DNA of 64,000 nucleotides from Octopus vulgaris (GCA_951406725.2 OX597832.1:56854001-56918000), one strand, 5' to 3'; positions 27,924 through 42,026 are shown, counted from the first letter of the stretch. The notes: a model not told the origin generated them from the letters alone. Numbers and translations: made by a program.

Positions 27924-28832
27924 TAATAATAATAATAAATAATAATAATAATAATGATAATAATGATAAAATAATAATAAATAATAATAATAATAATGAT
28001 AACAATAATAATAATAATAATAATAACAATAATAATATCATATTCGGTGGAAAAAAGAAAATTTACAATGTAAAATAAAGTGTTGGAGTAGGCAAGGAGG
28101 AGGAGGAGGAGGAGGGGGAGGAGGAGGAGGAGCAAAGAATCTTTGAACTGTAAAATAATTATGTCTGGTAGGTTTGAGATATATGATAGAGTAAAACAAT
28201 AAAAATTATCTATTAGAGGTGGGGGGCAGTCTGTGTGGGGGAATGTGTGTGTGTGTGTATGGGAGCGAGTGTGTGTATGTGTAATAGTGTGCGTGTGTGA
28301 AATTTCGTATGTGTAATGGTGTGTGTGTGTGTGTGTATGTGTAATAATGTGTGCATGTGTGTGTGTATGTGTAATAATGTGTGCATGTGTGTAACTCTGT
28401 GTGTGTAATGTGTAATAAATTGTGTTTGTGTGTGTGGGTTCATGTATAATAATGCGTGTGTATGTGTAATAGAGTGTGTGTGTGTGAGTGTAATTGTATG
28501 TGCAACTGTATGTGCAATTGTGTATGTGTAATAGTGTGTGTTTTTGTGTGCGTGTGTGTGTAATTGTGTATATGTGTAATTATGTCAGTGTAATGGTGTG
28601 TACATAACAGCGCGTATCTGCAATAGTCAGTACTTAATAGTGAGTGCGTATAACAGTGTATGTGTGTAATATTCAGTATGTGTGTGTGTGTGTGTGTGCA
28701 GGGGAATAATATTGTGTATGTGTGAAATACCATTTAAGTATGTTTAATATTGTGCACAAGAGTACAAGTGCGAAAAAAGAAAGGAAAAGAAAATATTGCG
28801 TAAACATGTAACAGAGTATATGCTTGTTTAAT

Positions 28833-28869
<37 letters not shown>

Positions 28870-28985
28870 AAACAATGGTGTTTGCACACATTCACACAAG
28901 TATATGTGTTTATTCTGGAGTGCGGGTGGGGGGTAGATACACACTATGCACACTCACTATATATATTGTATATATATATGTATTT

Positions 28986-29165
<180 letters not shown>

Positions 29166-29243
29166 TTATATTTATATATACATATATTTGTATATGTATA
29201 TATGTATGTGTGTATGAATGTGTGTACATACACATATACATAC

Positions 29244-29287
<44 letters not shown>

Positions 29288-29892
29288 ATGTATATTTATA
29301 TATATGTATGTATATGTGTATGTACACACAATATATATATATTATATATGTATGTATAAATGTATGTATGTATGTATGTATGTATGTATGTATAAATGTA
29401 ATTACCTGGGGAGAAATGGCATTAAGAAATGAAATTCTAGCGTTATACTGTTTTACCAATGCCATACCATTCTATTGTTAGTATTGGCTTAGTTTTTTTC
29501 CTTTTTCTTTTCTCTTTTTTTTTTCCCTCTTAGAGTTACTTGGTGAAGAAAGACTGGAGAAAATTGCCGATTTTCATTTACATGCAAAATATCAATGAAT
29601 ACAATGCCTAAATAGGATTGATGTTCATACTTCTTTGATATATATATATATTTATATCCACACGCACACACACACACACACATATAAACATACAGATATA
29701 CTTATATGTATGCATATAAGCACTCACAGATATATATGCATATATATATATATATATACACACATACACATACATAGATACATATATGTATATTTTGATA
29801 TGTATATATGTATATATATGTATGTATGTATATATGTATATATACATACATATATATATTTACATATATATATATATGTATATATGTTTTTA

Positions 29893-29928
<36 letters not shown>

Positions 29929-30333
29929 TGTATGTATGTATGTATGTTTGCATGTGTCGTTTTAGTTGTCTTTTTTGTTCTAGTGTTTTTGCAGGAATTC
30001 TTGAAACAGAAGTCTATCGGTAAATAATAGAAAGAATTAAGCTAACAGAGTGGAAATAGGATATGCGGTCAGGTGTGAAAGATAATAAACAATACATCTA
30101 ATGTAAGAAAATACAGCAGAATAAAACCCCTTTGGCTGAAATTACCATTCTTTTACGCAAAATGAAACAAAGAAAATTGATTGATTTTAAGAAACACAGA
30201 AGAAAAACTTGGGGGAAAAAATGATAAAAAAACAGTCAGAAAGTCACAATTTCCTGACCATCTGAGTTGTGACAATCTCCGTTGTTAGGTTATTAGACTG
30301 CTTAGTCTTGTCTCTCTTTTCTCTGTTTATCAG

Positions 30334-30406
30334 AAAATGAAAGAAGAATCCTGACTAGGCCAAGTGTGGAGATAACAAGCGAAGCTTTTTGTTTCTTCTT
30401 AGGAAG
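30334..30406 (+). other. Candidate internal exon (73 nt)
   Basis: Polypyrimidine tract plus CAG acceptor, AAG|GTAATT donor, and one open frame (ENERRILTRPSVEITSEAFCFFLG). No recognised homology. Confidence 0.3.
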
Positions 30407-30709
30407 GTAATTTTTGTGCAGTGAAAATCTTGTAACAGTGAGAATAACGTTTGCAGTAATTTCGGTAAAAAAATTTCTTATTATAGGTCATTCGCTTTTG
30501 TTTTCATAAGAAAGGAAGAGAGAAGGAAAGAAATGAAGAAGAAAAAAAGGGAAGAAAATGTGAATGGAAAAGGAAGGAAGGAAGGAAGGCTTTTCAGCTG
30601 CTAATTAAAATGAGTTGAGAACCTACAGTTCAGAAAGAAGAGATAAAAAATATTTGTAAAGCTAACGAGCCAGTGAAAGAATTTTTTTACATCTTTTGTT
30701 TATAATCTG

Positions 30710-31778
30710 CTAGAAACAACAACTAAATCTTCCTTCACATCATCGTTACTATACTAAATACAGTGAGGCTCGATAAAAGATGGTAAAGCCATGACTAGAA
30801 CACCTTGCGATTGGACTGTAAGGTGACCAAGGGCTAAATAACAGCTAAAATCTCCCTAAAATTACATTCTCTTAAAATGGGAACCTGTTAGATAATGTAG
30901 CCTTAGATTTACAGTTTGGGAAACAGAAGACAAGATCATCACAAGTGGAATGCCTGATCATAGAAATCCTGGATGATAAGTGGCCTAGGGCTAAAGAAAT
31001 ATTGAAATATCCCTCAAATTACATTCTTTTAAGATGAGGTAATGGTAAAGGCTATGATGAATGACCATGGAATTGCACCTAGAAAGTTCCCTTCCAAGGC
31101 ACAAGTCCAGGCAAGGTTGTTTATGGAAGACCAGCAGTTGCCCATGCATACCAACCTCTCCTCTCCATGCCACCGATGTTATCTAAGGGAAAGGCAGAGG
31201 CTGATACAGCTTGGCACCAGTGATATCGCAACTCATTTCTAGAGCTGAGTGAACTGGAGCAACATGAAATAAAATGTCTTGCTCAAGAACACAACACACA
31301 ACCTGATCTGGGAATTGAACTCACTACCTCATGATTGTGAGCCCAATGCTTTAACCACTGAACCATGTGCCATCACCATAACGTGAGGACCTATTAGATA
31401 ATGTAGTCTTAGAATCACACTTTGGAAAACAAAAGACAGGATCATCACAGGTGGAATGCCTGATCACAGAGATCCTGGCTCATAAGTGACCAAGGGCTAA
31501 AAAGTTACATCAAAAATCTGACGCAAATCACCCTCTAGTCTAGGCATTCTTTATTCTTTTCTTTTATTTGTTTCAGTCATTTGACTGTGGCCATGCTAGA
31601 GCACTGCCTATAGTCGAGCAAATCAACCCCAGGACTTATTCTTTGTAAGCCTGGTACTTATTCTATTGGTTCTCTCTTGCCGAACCACTAAGTTATGGGG
31701 GTGTAAACACACCAGCATAGGTTGTCAAGCGATGTTGTGGGGGAGGGGCAAAACACAGACACACAAACATATACATAC

Positions 31779-31841
<63 letters not shown>

Positions 31842-33320
31842 CGACAAGCTTATTTGAGTTTCTGTCTACCAAATCCACTCACAAGGCTTTGGTCGGCCCG
31901 AGGCTATAGTAGAAAACACTAGCCCAAGGTGTCATGCAGTGGGACCAAACGCAGAACCATGTGGTTGGTAAACAAGCTACTTACCACACAGCCACTCCTG
32001 CACCTATGGGCAATGTTTTTTAAGAAATGGACTGAATGAGATATGGCTCATTATCAGACAAACCCACACTATGCAAAAAGTACAGCCTGGTCCAGGAATT
32101 GAACTCACTACCTCATGATTGTGAGCCCAATGCTTTAACTACTGAACTTTTTTGTTTAGGGATGCCATTCAGGAAGTCCAGCAGACTGCAGGTTGTTCCT
32201 GCTCTAGTCCCTTAAGACATGAAAGACATATCAGACAATGTAATTCTAGATTTGCTATGTCTGAGATACAGAAGATAGGGTAGTCATGGTTGGAATGTCT
32301 TTGATCATAAGTCTGCGCAATCAGGGTTGACCTAGGGTTAAACAACAAAAATAAAACTCTCTAAAATCATACGATAGTTTCTTAAAGTGAGAAGTACAAT
32401 ACTTATTTCTTTATTGCCGACAAGGGGCTAAACATAGAGGGGACAAACAAGGACAAAGGGGTTAAGTTGATTATATTGACCCCAGTGCATAACTGGTACT
32501 TAATTTATTGACCCTGAAAGGATGAAAGGCAAAGCAGACCTCAGTGGAATTTGAACTCAGAATGTAGTGGCCGACGAAATACCTATTTCTTTACTGCCCA
32601 CAAGGGGCCACACACAGAAGGGACAAACAAGGACAGAAAAACGGATTAATTCAATTGCATTTATCGACTCCCAAAAGGATGAAAGGCAAAGTCAACCTCG
32701 GCGGAATTTGAACTCAGATCGTAAAGACAAACGAAATACCGCCAAGCTTTTCGCCCGGCATGCTAACGTTTCTTATTTCTTTATTGCCCAAATGGGGCTA
32801 AACATAGAGAGGACAAACAAGGACAGACAAAGGGATTAAGTCGATTACATCGACCCCAGTGCGTAACTGGTACTTAATTTATCGACCCTGAAAGGATGAA
32901 AGGCAATGTTGACCTTGGTGGAATTTGAACTCAGAACGTAACAGTAGACGAAATACCACTAGGCATTTCGCCTGGCGTGCTAAAGATTCTGCCAGCTCGC
33001 CGCCTTCATAAAGTGAGAAGAACAATTCTATAATCTAATCTCAAATATGCTATGTCTGAGATATAAAAGATAGGATGGTCACAGATGCCATGTCTTTTAA
33101 CCAAAGCTGACCTACAACAACCAAATAAAAGAAAAAAAAGAAAAGAAAAAGAAGACTCAAACTGCACCCTACTGTCTTAAAACAAGAAGGAACATTTGAT
33201 ATTATAGTCCTAGATAAACAATGTCTGGGACAAAAAAAGAAAAAAAATATTTAGTCACTATCAGAGCATCTTTGATCATGGAGATCAATGAGAATTGACC
33301 TGATGCTAAAGAAAAACTAC
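30710..33320 (+). repeat. Degenerate tandem array of a ~150-170-bp dispersed repeat (family D), interrupted by SINEs
   Basis: Recurrent gataatgtag..ctaga ... ggaatgcc(ttt)gatcata ... gacc.agggctaaa. Dispersed copies near 21400-21680, 22120-22200, 25900-26000 and 37050-37150. Confidence 0.6.
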
Positions 33321-35035
33321 CATTATCATTATCACCACCACCACCACCACCATTGCCACTGCTGCCACCACCATTACCGTTACCACCACTGCCACCACCA
33401 ACACCACCATCGCTGCCACTCCTACTATTTATACTAAAAAGATTGTAAGAAGAAACGGAAGGCTTCCTTGGAATTTTAGTTGTTTCATGTTTTCAAATGG
33501 CTTAATATTAGTTTTTACTCTTTGACAGGTTCCCAGAACAGCGAAGAACTTTGGTATTTCCACTGATATAATCTCATTATATTCTAAGACACAGACAGAA
33601 TACTGAATAACCAACATACTTTATATACAGCAAGAGAAGCAATCAGTCAAACATATTGATTAAATAAAAATAACTTAATTCTAATTAAAACAGGTTCCTC
33701 TCAAGTATATCATTAGGCTAGTCATTAAAACTGAACAAGACAGCACACTGTTCCTTATTAGGTCACTAAGTGTGCCATTTTGCATTCTATATTAATTAAT
33801 GTTTTTTTTTTCTTTTCTTTTTTTATATATCTTCCGGTTAACCTACGATGTTGTCAAATAATAATGTTGCTCAGAATTTATTGTGTGTAATAAATTACTT
33901 GCATCGGTCGTTAGCTGTCAGGACACTGCATCCTTCAGAAACACCATGCCTACGCACCTATTCCTCTTCATGGCTCTATTACCATTCACTATTCTATCAT
34001 TCTGTAATTCACTATTCTATCATTCTGTGTTTTATTCTGTGTACTGTGCATGTATTTCTAGTTTCTATTGCTGTCTTTCTTTGCTTGACTTATGGTTTCT
34101 ATCTCATCGTTTAACCTTTTCCAACAAGTTGTAGTGTACCTGACTACACTATACAATAAGCTGCTGCTGCTTCTGCTTCTTCTTCTTCTTCTTCTTCTTC
34201 TTCTTCTTCCTCCTCCTCTTCCTCCGCCTCCTCATTAAGGTGGCGAGCTGACAGAATCATTAACACGCTGCGCGAAATGCTTAGCGGCATTTCGCCCATA
34301 TTTACGTTCTGAGTTCAAATTCCACTGAAGCCAACTTTGCTTTTCATCCTTTCGGGGTCGACAAATTAAGTACCAGTTACACTCTGGGGTCATCATCATC
34401 GTTTAACGTCTGTTTTCCATGCTGGTATGGGTTGAACGGTTTGACTAGAGGTCTGGAGAGCCAGCGGCTGCACCAGGCTCCAATCTGATCTGGCAATGCT
34501 TCTACAGCTGGATGCCCTTCCTAACGCCAACCACTCTGAGAGTGTAGTGGGTGCTTTTTACGTGTCACTGGCACAGGAGCCAATCTGTGGGTACTGGCAT
34601 GAGCCACATTTGGATGGTGCTTTTTACGTGTCACCAGCATGGAAGCCAGTCAAGAGGGCTTGGCAGCAAACACATTTGGATGGTGCTTTTTACGTACCAC
34701 CAGCACAGAAGCTAGTCTGGGGGAATTAGCATTGGCCACATTCGGTTGGTGTTTTGTATGTGCCACTGGCACAGGAGCCAGTCAGGCGAACCTGTTCTTC
34801 ACTTTATAAGCATATACATATATATATATTCTTTTATTCTTTTACTTGTTTCAGTCATTTGATTGCAACGATGCTGGAACACCACTTTTAGTCAAGAAAA
34901 CTGACCTCAAGACTTATTCTTTGTAAGCCTAGAAATTATTGTATTAGTCTCTTTTGCCGAACTGCTAACTTACAGGGACGTAAACACACCAACATCAGTC
35001 GTCAAGCAATGACAGGTGGACAAACATACACACAA

Positions 35036-35088
<53 letters not shown>

Positions 35089-35110
35089 CATACATACATA
35101 CATACATACA

Positions 35111-35197
<87 letters not shown>

Positions 35198-35783
35198 AGC
35201 TTCTTTCAGTTTCTGTCTACAAAATCCACTCAGAAGGCTTCAGTCAGCAGCCCAAGGCTATATATATATATATATACATACACACACTTGCCCAAGGTTT
35301 CATACAGTCAGTCTTAATCCGGAACCATGTGGTTGGGAAGCAAGCTTTTTACCACACACCCATTCCTGCATCTATACACACACACACACATTAAATATAA
35401 TTATCAAATCATATTTTAAAAAACCATTATTTATGTGAAATCTCACAAATAAATACGAAATAAAATGAAATTAAAAAATAACATGCAAATAAGAATGAGC
35501 TTCACCATATCCTTATGTATTTGTGTATTTTAACGACTCCCTTCTAATATCAATAGCTTTAATTAGTAAACAATGAAAATATCAGAGCTGAAATAAATCA
35601 ATTAAGCCAATTTTTCTAATCAATATTAGTTCTACAGAGATAAGACGACATGAAGGGATCAAACTGTTAAATCTATTTCACACTACGCAAAGTATGTAAC
35701 ATACTCATAGTAATGATGCTGACAAAAACTACCGCTACCTAGCTGCTCAAACTACTAGAAATAGCAGCCAAATACTACTTATA

Positions 35784-36020
35784 CAGGGTGTTCAAAAAGT
35801 CTCTCCGCAGTGAATTTTTTTTCTCAGAGATATATTTCAAAACATGCGTAGAAGAATCACTTATGTATTGAAAATGAAGGACGGCACTTTTAGCACCTCT
35901 ATAAAGATTTTTAAAGTCTTGTACATTCTAACATATTCCTTTTTTTTAGTATTATACCATCTTATAAATATCTATTTTGCAATAAAATACTTTGTGCGGA
36001 GAGACTTTTTGAACACCCTA
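35784..36020 (+). mobile_element. Tc1/mariner internal-deletion derivative (MITE)
   Basis: ~26-bp TIRs cagggtgttcaaaaagtctctccgca, TA on both sides, and an internal trace of a transposase C-terminus (NMRRRI...IENEGRHF). Confidence 0.9.
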
Positions 36021-38078
36021 TACGACATACTACTCTCTTTCTTTCTATCTTTTTACTTGTTTCAGTCATTTGACTGTGGCCATGCTGGAGCACCGCCTTT
36101 AATCGAGCAACTCGACCCCGGGACTTATTCTTTGTAAGCCCAGTACTTATTCTATCGGTCTCTTTTGCCAAACCACTAAGTGGCGGGGACATAAACACAC
36201 CAGCATCGGTTGTCAAGCAATGCTAGGGGAATAAACACAAACACACAAACATACACACACACACATATATATATGCATATATACGACAGGCTTCTTTCAG
36301 TTTCCGTCTACCAAATCCACTCACAAGGCTTTGGTCGGCCCGAGGCTATAGTAGAAGACACTTACCCAAGGTGCCACGCAGTGGGACTGAACCCAGAACC
36401 ATGTAGTTCGTAAGCAAGCTACTTACCACACAGCCACTCTTGCACCTATATTTTTCTCTTTTTTTTTTTTACAAAAAGGACATATTGGATGATGTAGTCC
36501 AAGGTATGCTATTCCTGAAAGATTGTGTCCTGAGATCTCTGCTCATCATTCAGGTCTCAATCAGAACTAAATGACTGGGCAGTAAAAATGTTAAGCTTCT
36601 ATTTAATAGGTATTTTTTTTCATCTTTCATTGATCATTTACTTGTTCTAGTCATTGGACTGTGGCCATGCTGGGGCACTGCACTGAAGGCTGTCGCCAAA
36701 CGAATCAACTCCACTACTTATTTGTTAGTCTGGTTGCTTATTTTATCGGTCTTTTTCTGAACTGTCAAGTTATGGGGACGTAAACAAACCAACACCAGTT
36801 ATCAAGCAGAAGTGAAGTACAGACATACACACACACACACATACACACACACAAACACACACAGACACACAAACACACACACACACACACATACACACAA
36901 ACACACATACACAATAGGTTCCTTTTCAATTTCCATTTACCAAGTCCACTCACAAAACTTTGGTCAGTTCTGGTGCCACACAGTGGGACTGAACCGGAAA
37001 CCTTATGGTTGCAAAGCAAGCTTCTTAACCACACAGCTATTCCTGCATCTCTAGAACAACATTGAATCATGAAGTCCTAGTTATTCCATACAAGATGGAA
37101 TGGTCACATTTGGAATATTTCTGCCAGGATTGAGCTAAGCTTAAACAATAGAATAGCAAGAATTTTTATTCTTTTCCTATTCCTATTTAATTACAATTTT
37201 ACCAAAGAACCTTAGTCTGTCTGTGTGTCACAGGTGCAGGCATGGCTGTGTGGTAAGAAGATTGCTTCACACCCATGTGGTCCTGGGTTCACTCCCATGC
37301 TACAGTACCTTGGGAAGGGTCTTTGATGATAGCTCTAAGCCAACCAAAGCTTTGTGAGTGGATTTGGTAGATGGAAACTGAAAGAAGCCCATCATATATG
37401 TGTGTGATTATGTCTTTGTCCTCCACTATTGCTTGACCACTGATGGTGGTTTGTTTATGTCTACATAACTTAGCAGATCAGCAAAAGAGACCAATATAAT
37501 AAGTGCCAGGCTTTTAAAACAAAATAAATACTGAACTTGATTCGTTCAAGTTAAACCCTTCCAGACGCTGCCCCAGCATGGCCGCAGTGCAATGACAAAA
37601 GACAAGCTAAAGATGAGAGAGATTTAAGAGATTATCTTCTTCCCTTCATTACAACAGGAGCCAAACATATTAGAATTGAACAAACCACCCAAACATTTAC
37701 TCCACCATTATCAGCACCACCGCCATTAATCAAAGAAAAAAGGCCAACAGAATTAAATTTCAAAGACTGGCGACTTCAACCTGTTGGTTCTAATATAGAG
37801 ACTTTTGTTTTTCATGTCTTGCCAATGAGACATTATTATTATAATGATGTTCTTCTTCTAACACTATTTCCTCAAATTTATATTAAGCCCTTACCTTAAA
37901 ACAATGAAGCCATTCTTCTGAAGCTTTGTAATAATGGTGCCGAAATAGATTTTCTACATATCTAAACACAACATTGCTTGTAACTTCAAATGAGTGTACA
38001 TAAGTGTATGTATGTATGTATATATTATATATATATATGATATTATATATGTATATATATATATATATATGTATAGAT

Positions 38079-38113
<35 letters not shown>

Positions 38114-38125
<12 letters not shown>

Positions 38126-38334
38126 ATTGAGGTAATCAGATCAGATGGTTCATATTTGTAGATATTTATTTATATATTACATTTTTTACATATATATCAT
38201 ATCATTCGGATTAGCGCTTGCTCCCATTCTAGTGGGTTTTCAAACCAAATCAGTTGTGGGTAGTTTGAACCTTTTTATAGTTTCGTAGTAGTGGGTGAGG
38301 AGGAAGTGAGACAGAGAGAAAATATGTGTGTATG

Positions 38335-38403
<69 letters not shown>

Positions 38404-38607
38404 ATTTATATCTGAGAGTGAAGAAGTGTTATTTCCGTTGGTCTGCTGGACCCCCTGTGGTTTTATAAGAACTTTGGCTGTCCATTTCAATGTCACTGAG
38501 TGTGTGTTGTGCATAGGTTGGCCTGGCAAATGTCATTTGGGGTCACACTTTCTATGATCATTCTGTGGAGGTGTGTGTGTGTGTGTGTCTCTGTGTGTCT
38601 GTGTGTG

Positions 38608-38647
<40 letters not shown>

Positions 38648-39913
38648 TGTGTGTGTCTGTGTGTTTGGAGAAGGGGAGAGAGACAAAAAGAGAAAAGGGA
38701 AAATAAAAATAATAATAATAAAAATAAAAATAAAAAATTAAAAAAATTAAAAAAATAAAATAAAATAAAAACAAAAAATAAAAAATAAAATAAAAAAATA
38801 TAAAGAATAAATAAAAATATAAAGAATAAAAAATAAAAAAATAAAAATAAAAATAAAAATAAAAATAAAAATGAAAAAACATATTAAACAAATATAGCAT
38901 AAAAAACAGTAGACGACAGGACAAAAACCTAAAAAAACACCTAACAAGAGCGAAATTCTCTTCAGAAACTAAAACGGAATTCTTTGCAAAAGAGTGCGGA
39001 GATGGTAGATGTGGGACCTGCAGCAACCCCACCTACAAATACATAGAGAGCAACAGAGAGATAAGATTTAAAAATGGTGTCATATTCAAAGTAAATGCAG
39101 ATATGAACTGCAAGACGCAGAACGTCATATACTGCATAACCTGCCCCACATGCAAGGAGAATTACGTAGGAGAAACCGGTAATTCTTTGTGCCAGCGAGC
39201 CAGGATCCACCGACAACATATTCGGCAGGAAGAACTACGCAAAATACCACTAAGCACACACCTAGCTACATGTGGAGAAGGAAAATTTAAGATATTTCCC
39301 TTCTACAAGTGTCCGAAGAATGACACCCCCTTCAGGAGGAATATGGAAAAACATTTCATAGCTAAGTTCTCCCCCAAATTAAATGGCTGAAACTTTACTC
39401 AACATACATTGAAGGAAAAATCTGTGTGTGTGTAGATGTGTGTATTGCCTGTTATATACATCATATTATATTATTATCTTTATAATTCACTTCCATCTTT
39501 ACCCTTTAATTGTCACTTTAATTTTAACTTTCCTATGACATACAACTTTCAAGATGGTATAATTTGGTTGTTCATTTTGAACTGATAAAAAGGTTTTTTC
39601 AAATATTTTATGTATAAGTCTGTGTGTGTGTATATATATGTGTTGGTATAAATATCAACACACAAAAATATTTTTTCTTCTCCACTTCCTCCCTTATTTT
39701 CATTTTTATTTTTATTTTTATTTTTTTATTTTTATTCTTTATATTTTTATTTATTCTTTATATTTTTTTATTTTATTTTTTATTTTTTGTTTTTATTTTA
39801 TTTTATTTTTTTAATTTTTTTAATTTTTTATTTTTATTTTTATTATTATTATTTTTATTTTCCCTTTTCTCTTTTTGTCTCTCTCCCCTTCTCCAAACAC
39901 ACAGACACACACA

Positions 39914-39953
<40 letters not shown>

Positions 39954-40157
39954 CACACACAGACACACAGAGACACACACACACACACACCTCCACAGAA
40001 TGATCATAGAAAGTGTGACCCCAAATGACATTTGCCAGGCCAACCTATGCACAACACACACTCAGTGACATTGAAATGGACAGCCAAAGTTCTTATAAAA
40101 CCACAGGGGGTCCAGCAGACCAACGGAAATAACACTTCTTCACTCTCAGATATAAAT

Positions 40158-40229
<72 letters not shown>

Positions 40230-40474
40230 ACATATTTTCTCTCTGTCTCACTTCCTCCTCACCCACTACTACGAAACTATAAAAAGGTTCAAACTACCCA
40301 CAACTGATTTGGTTTGAAAACCCACTAGAATGGGAGCAAGCGCTAATCCGAATGATATGATATATATGTAAAAAATGTAATATATAAATAAATATCTACA
40401 AATATGAACCATCTGATCTGATTACCTCAATTTTTCTAATATATAATACCTGTACATCATCTCCAAACCTTCCG

Positions 40475-40475
<1 letters not shown>
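38114..40475 (+). mobile_element. 5'-truncated Penelope-like retroelement (Neptune-type) with inverted pseudo-LTR
   Basis: Near-identical inverted arms at 38114-38877 and 39697-40445 flank a GIY-YIG frame. A 30-bp tail (40446-40475) is on the right copy only. The element sits in (TA)n. Confidence 0.92.
38875..39390 (+). CDS. Penelope-like element C-terminus: RT thumb end, Cys-rich linker and GIY-YIG endonuclease (5'-truncated; first ATG at 39103)
   Basis: Uninterrupted frame RRQDKNLKKHLTRAKF...ECGDGRCGTC...MNCKTQNVIYCITCPTCKENYVGETGNSLCQRARIHR...STHLATC...RRNMEKHFIAKFSPKLNG*. Confidence 0.9.
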   Translation, partial: KNILNKYSIKNSRRQDKNLKKHLTRAKFSSETKTEFFAKECGDGRCGTCSNPTYKYIESNREIRFKNGVIFKVNADMNCKTQNVIYCITCPTCKENYVGETGNSLCQRARIHRQHIRQEELRKIPLSTHLATCGEGKFKIFPFYKCPKNDTPFRRNMEKHFIAKFSPKLNG

Positions 40476-40508
<33 letters not shown>

Positions 40509-40719
40509 GTATGTATATATGTATGTTTGTATATATATATACATATATAAACAAGGAAATATAATAAAATAGATAAGTAAATAAATAATGCAGCAGTGTA
40601 CTTCTCAGTAAGTACAACTGTCCTGTGTTTTGTATATAATGTATTTATAATGTATTTATAATGTGTGAGTATATATGTTTTATATATATATGTATATATA
40701 CATACGTATATATACATAC

Positions 40720-40755
<36 letters not shown>

Positions 40756-40829
40756 CTATGTATATGTTTTATATATATATATATATGTACTTATGTATGT
40801 ATGTATAACTTTATCAATATCTATATCTT

Positions 40830-40871
<42 letters not shown>

Positions 40872-41057
40872 CATATGTCTTTTTTTTATATATACTTATA
40901 TATGCCTTATATATATGTGAGAGTGTGTGTACATATATGCATACGTACATATGCATATATATATATATGTATATATATGTGTGTGTATGTGTGTGTGTGC
41001 ATATGTGTGTGTATGTTTTTATACATATGTACTTATATGTGTATACATTCATATGCG

Positions 41058-41093
<36 letters not shown>

Positions 41094-41460
41094 CATGCAT
41101 GTGGTGCATATGTGTTTGGGGTGTGTGTTTATGTGTGAGAAAGAGAGTATTTGTTAAGTACATGAGTTGAAGGGAGAGAGAGAGAGAGAGAGAGAGAGTG
41201 GGAGAATCAGAGTTGAAAGTGAGGTGGGTGGTTGGGTGGTTGGGTGAAACTGTTCAACCACGTTCTTTTAAAAATGGAAAAAAAATTCCAATTTAAACTA
41301 AAATTCATCGACTTCCTCATTTTATTTCAATAAACAAACTCTTGTTACATGAATGCAGAGTATAGACAGTGAGTTTATCAGTATTCTTTTGTGTCTATTT
41401 ATATAAACACACAGGAACATGAATGCACACACCCATATATGTGTGTGTATGCGTGCATAA

Positions 41461-41529
<69 letters not shown>

Positions 41530-42026
41530 CACATATATATATATACACATACATACACACACACACACACACATATATATATACACACACAATATACGCA
41601 AATATTCAGATATAGATATGTGCGTACGTATGTTTATATATATATGTATATGTGTATATATATATATATACAGACACACATATATCTGTATATAGTTATG
41701 TATATATATATATATATATCTATATATATGTGTGTGTGTGTGTATATATTTATATTTATTTATGTATATATGTGTATCTATATGTATATATATATATCTA
41801 TATATATGTGTGTATATATACATGTGTATATATATGTGTGTATGTATATATATATTTACATATATATGTATGTATGTATATATACATATATATATGTGTA
41901 TATATATGTGTGTATGTATATATATATATATTTACATATGTATGCATATATATATATATGTTTTCATGTATACATATATACATATATATATGTATGTATG
42001 TATATGTATGTATGTTTATATATACA

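Noticed and set aside
38114-40445. Long inverted arms as the TIRs of a DNA transposon
   Set aside because: The cargo is a truncated GIY-YIG frame, not a transposase. The left arm abuts the truncation point and the right arm has an extra tail, which fits a Penelope inverted pseudo-LTR.
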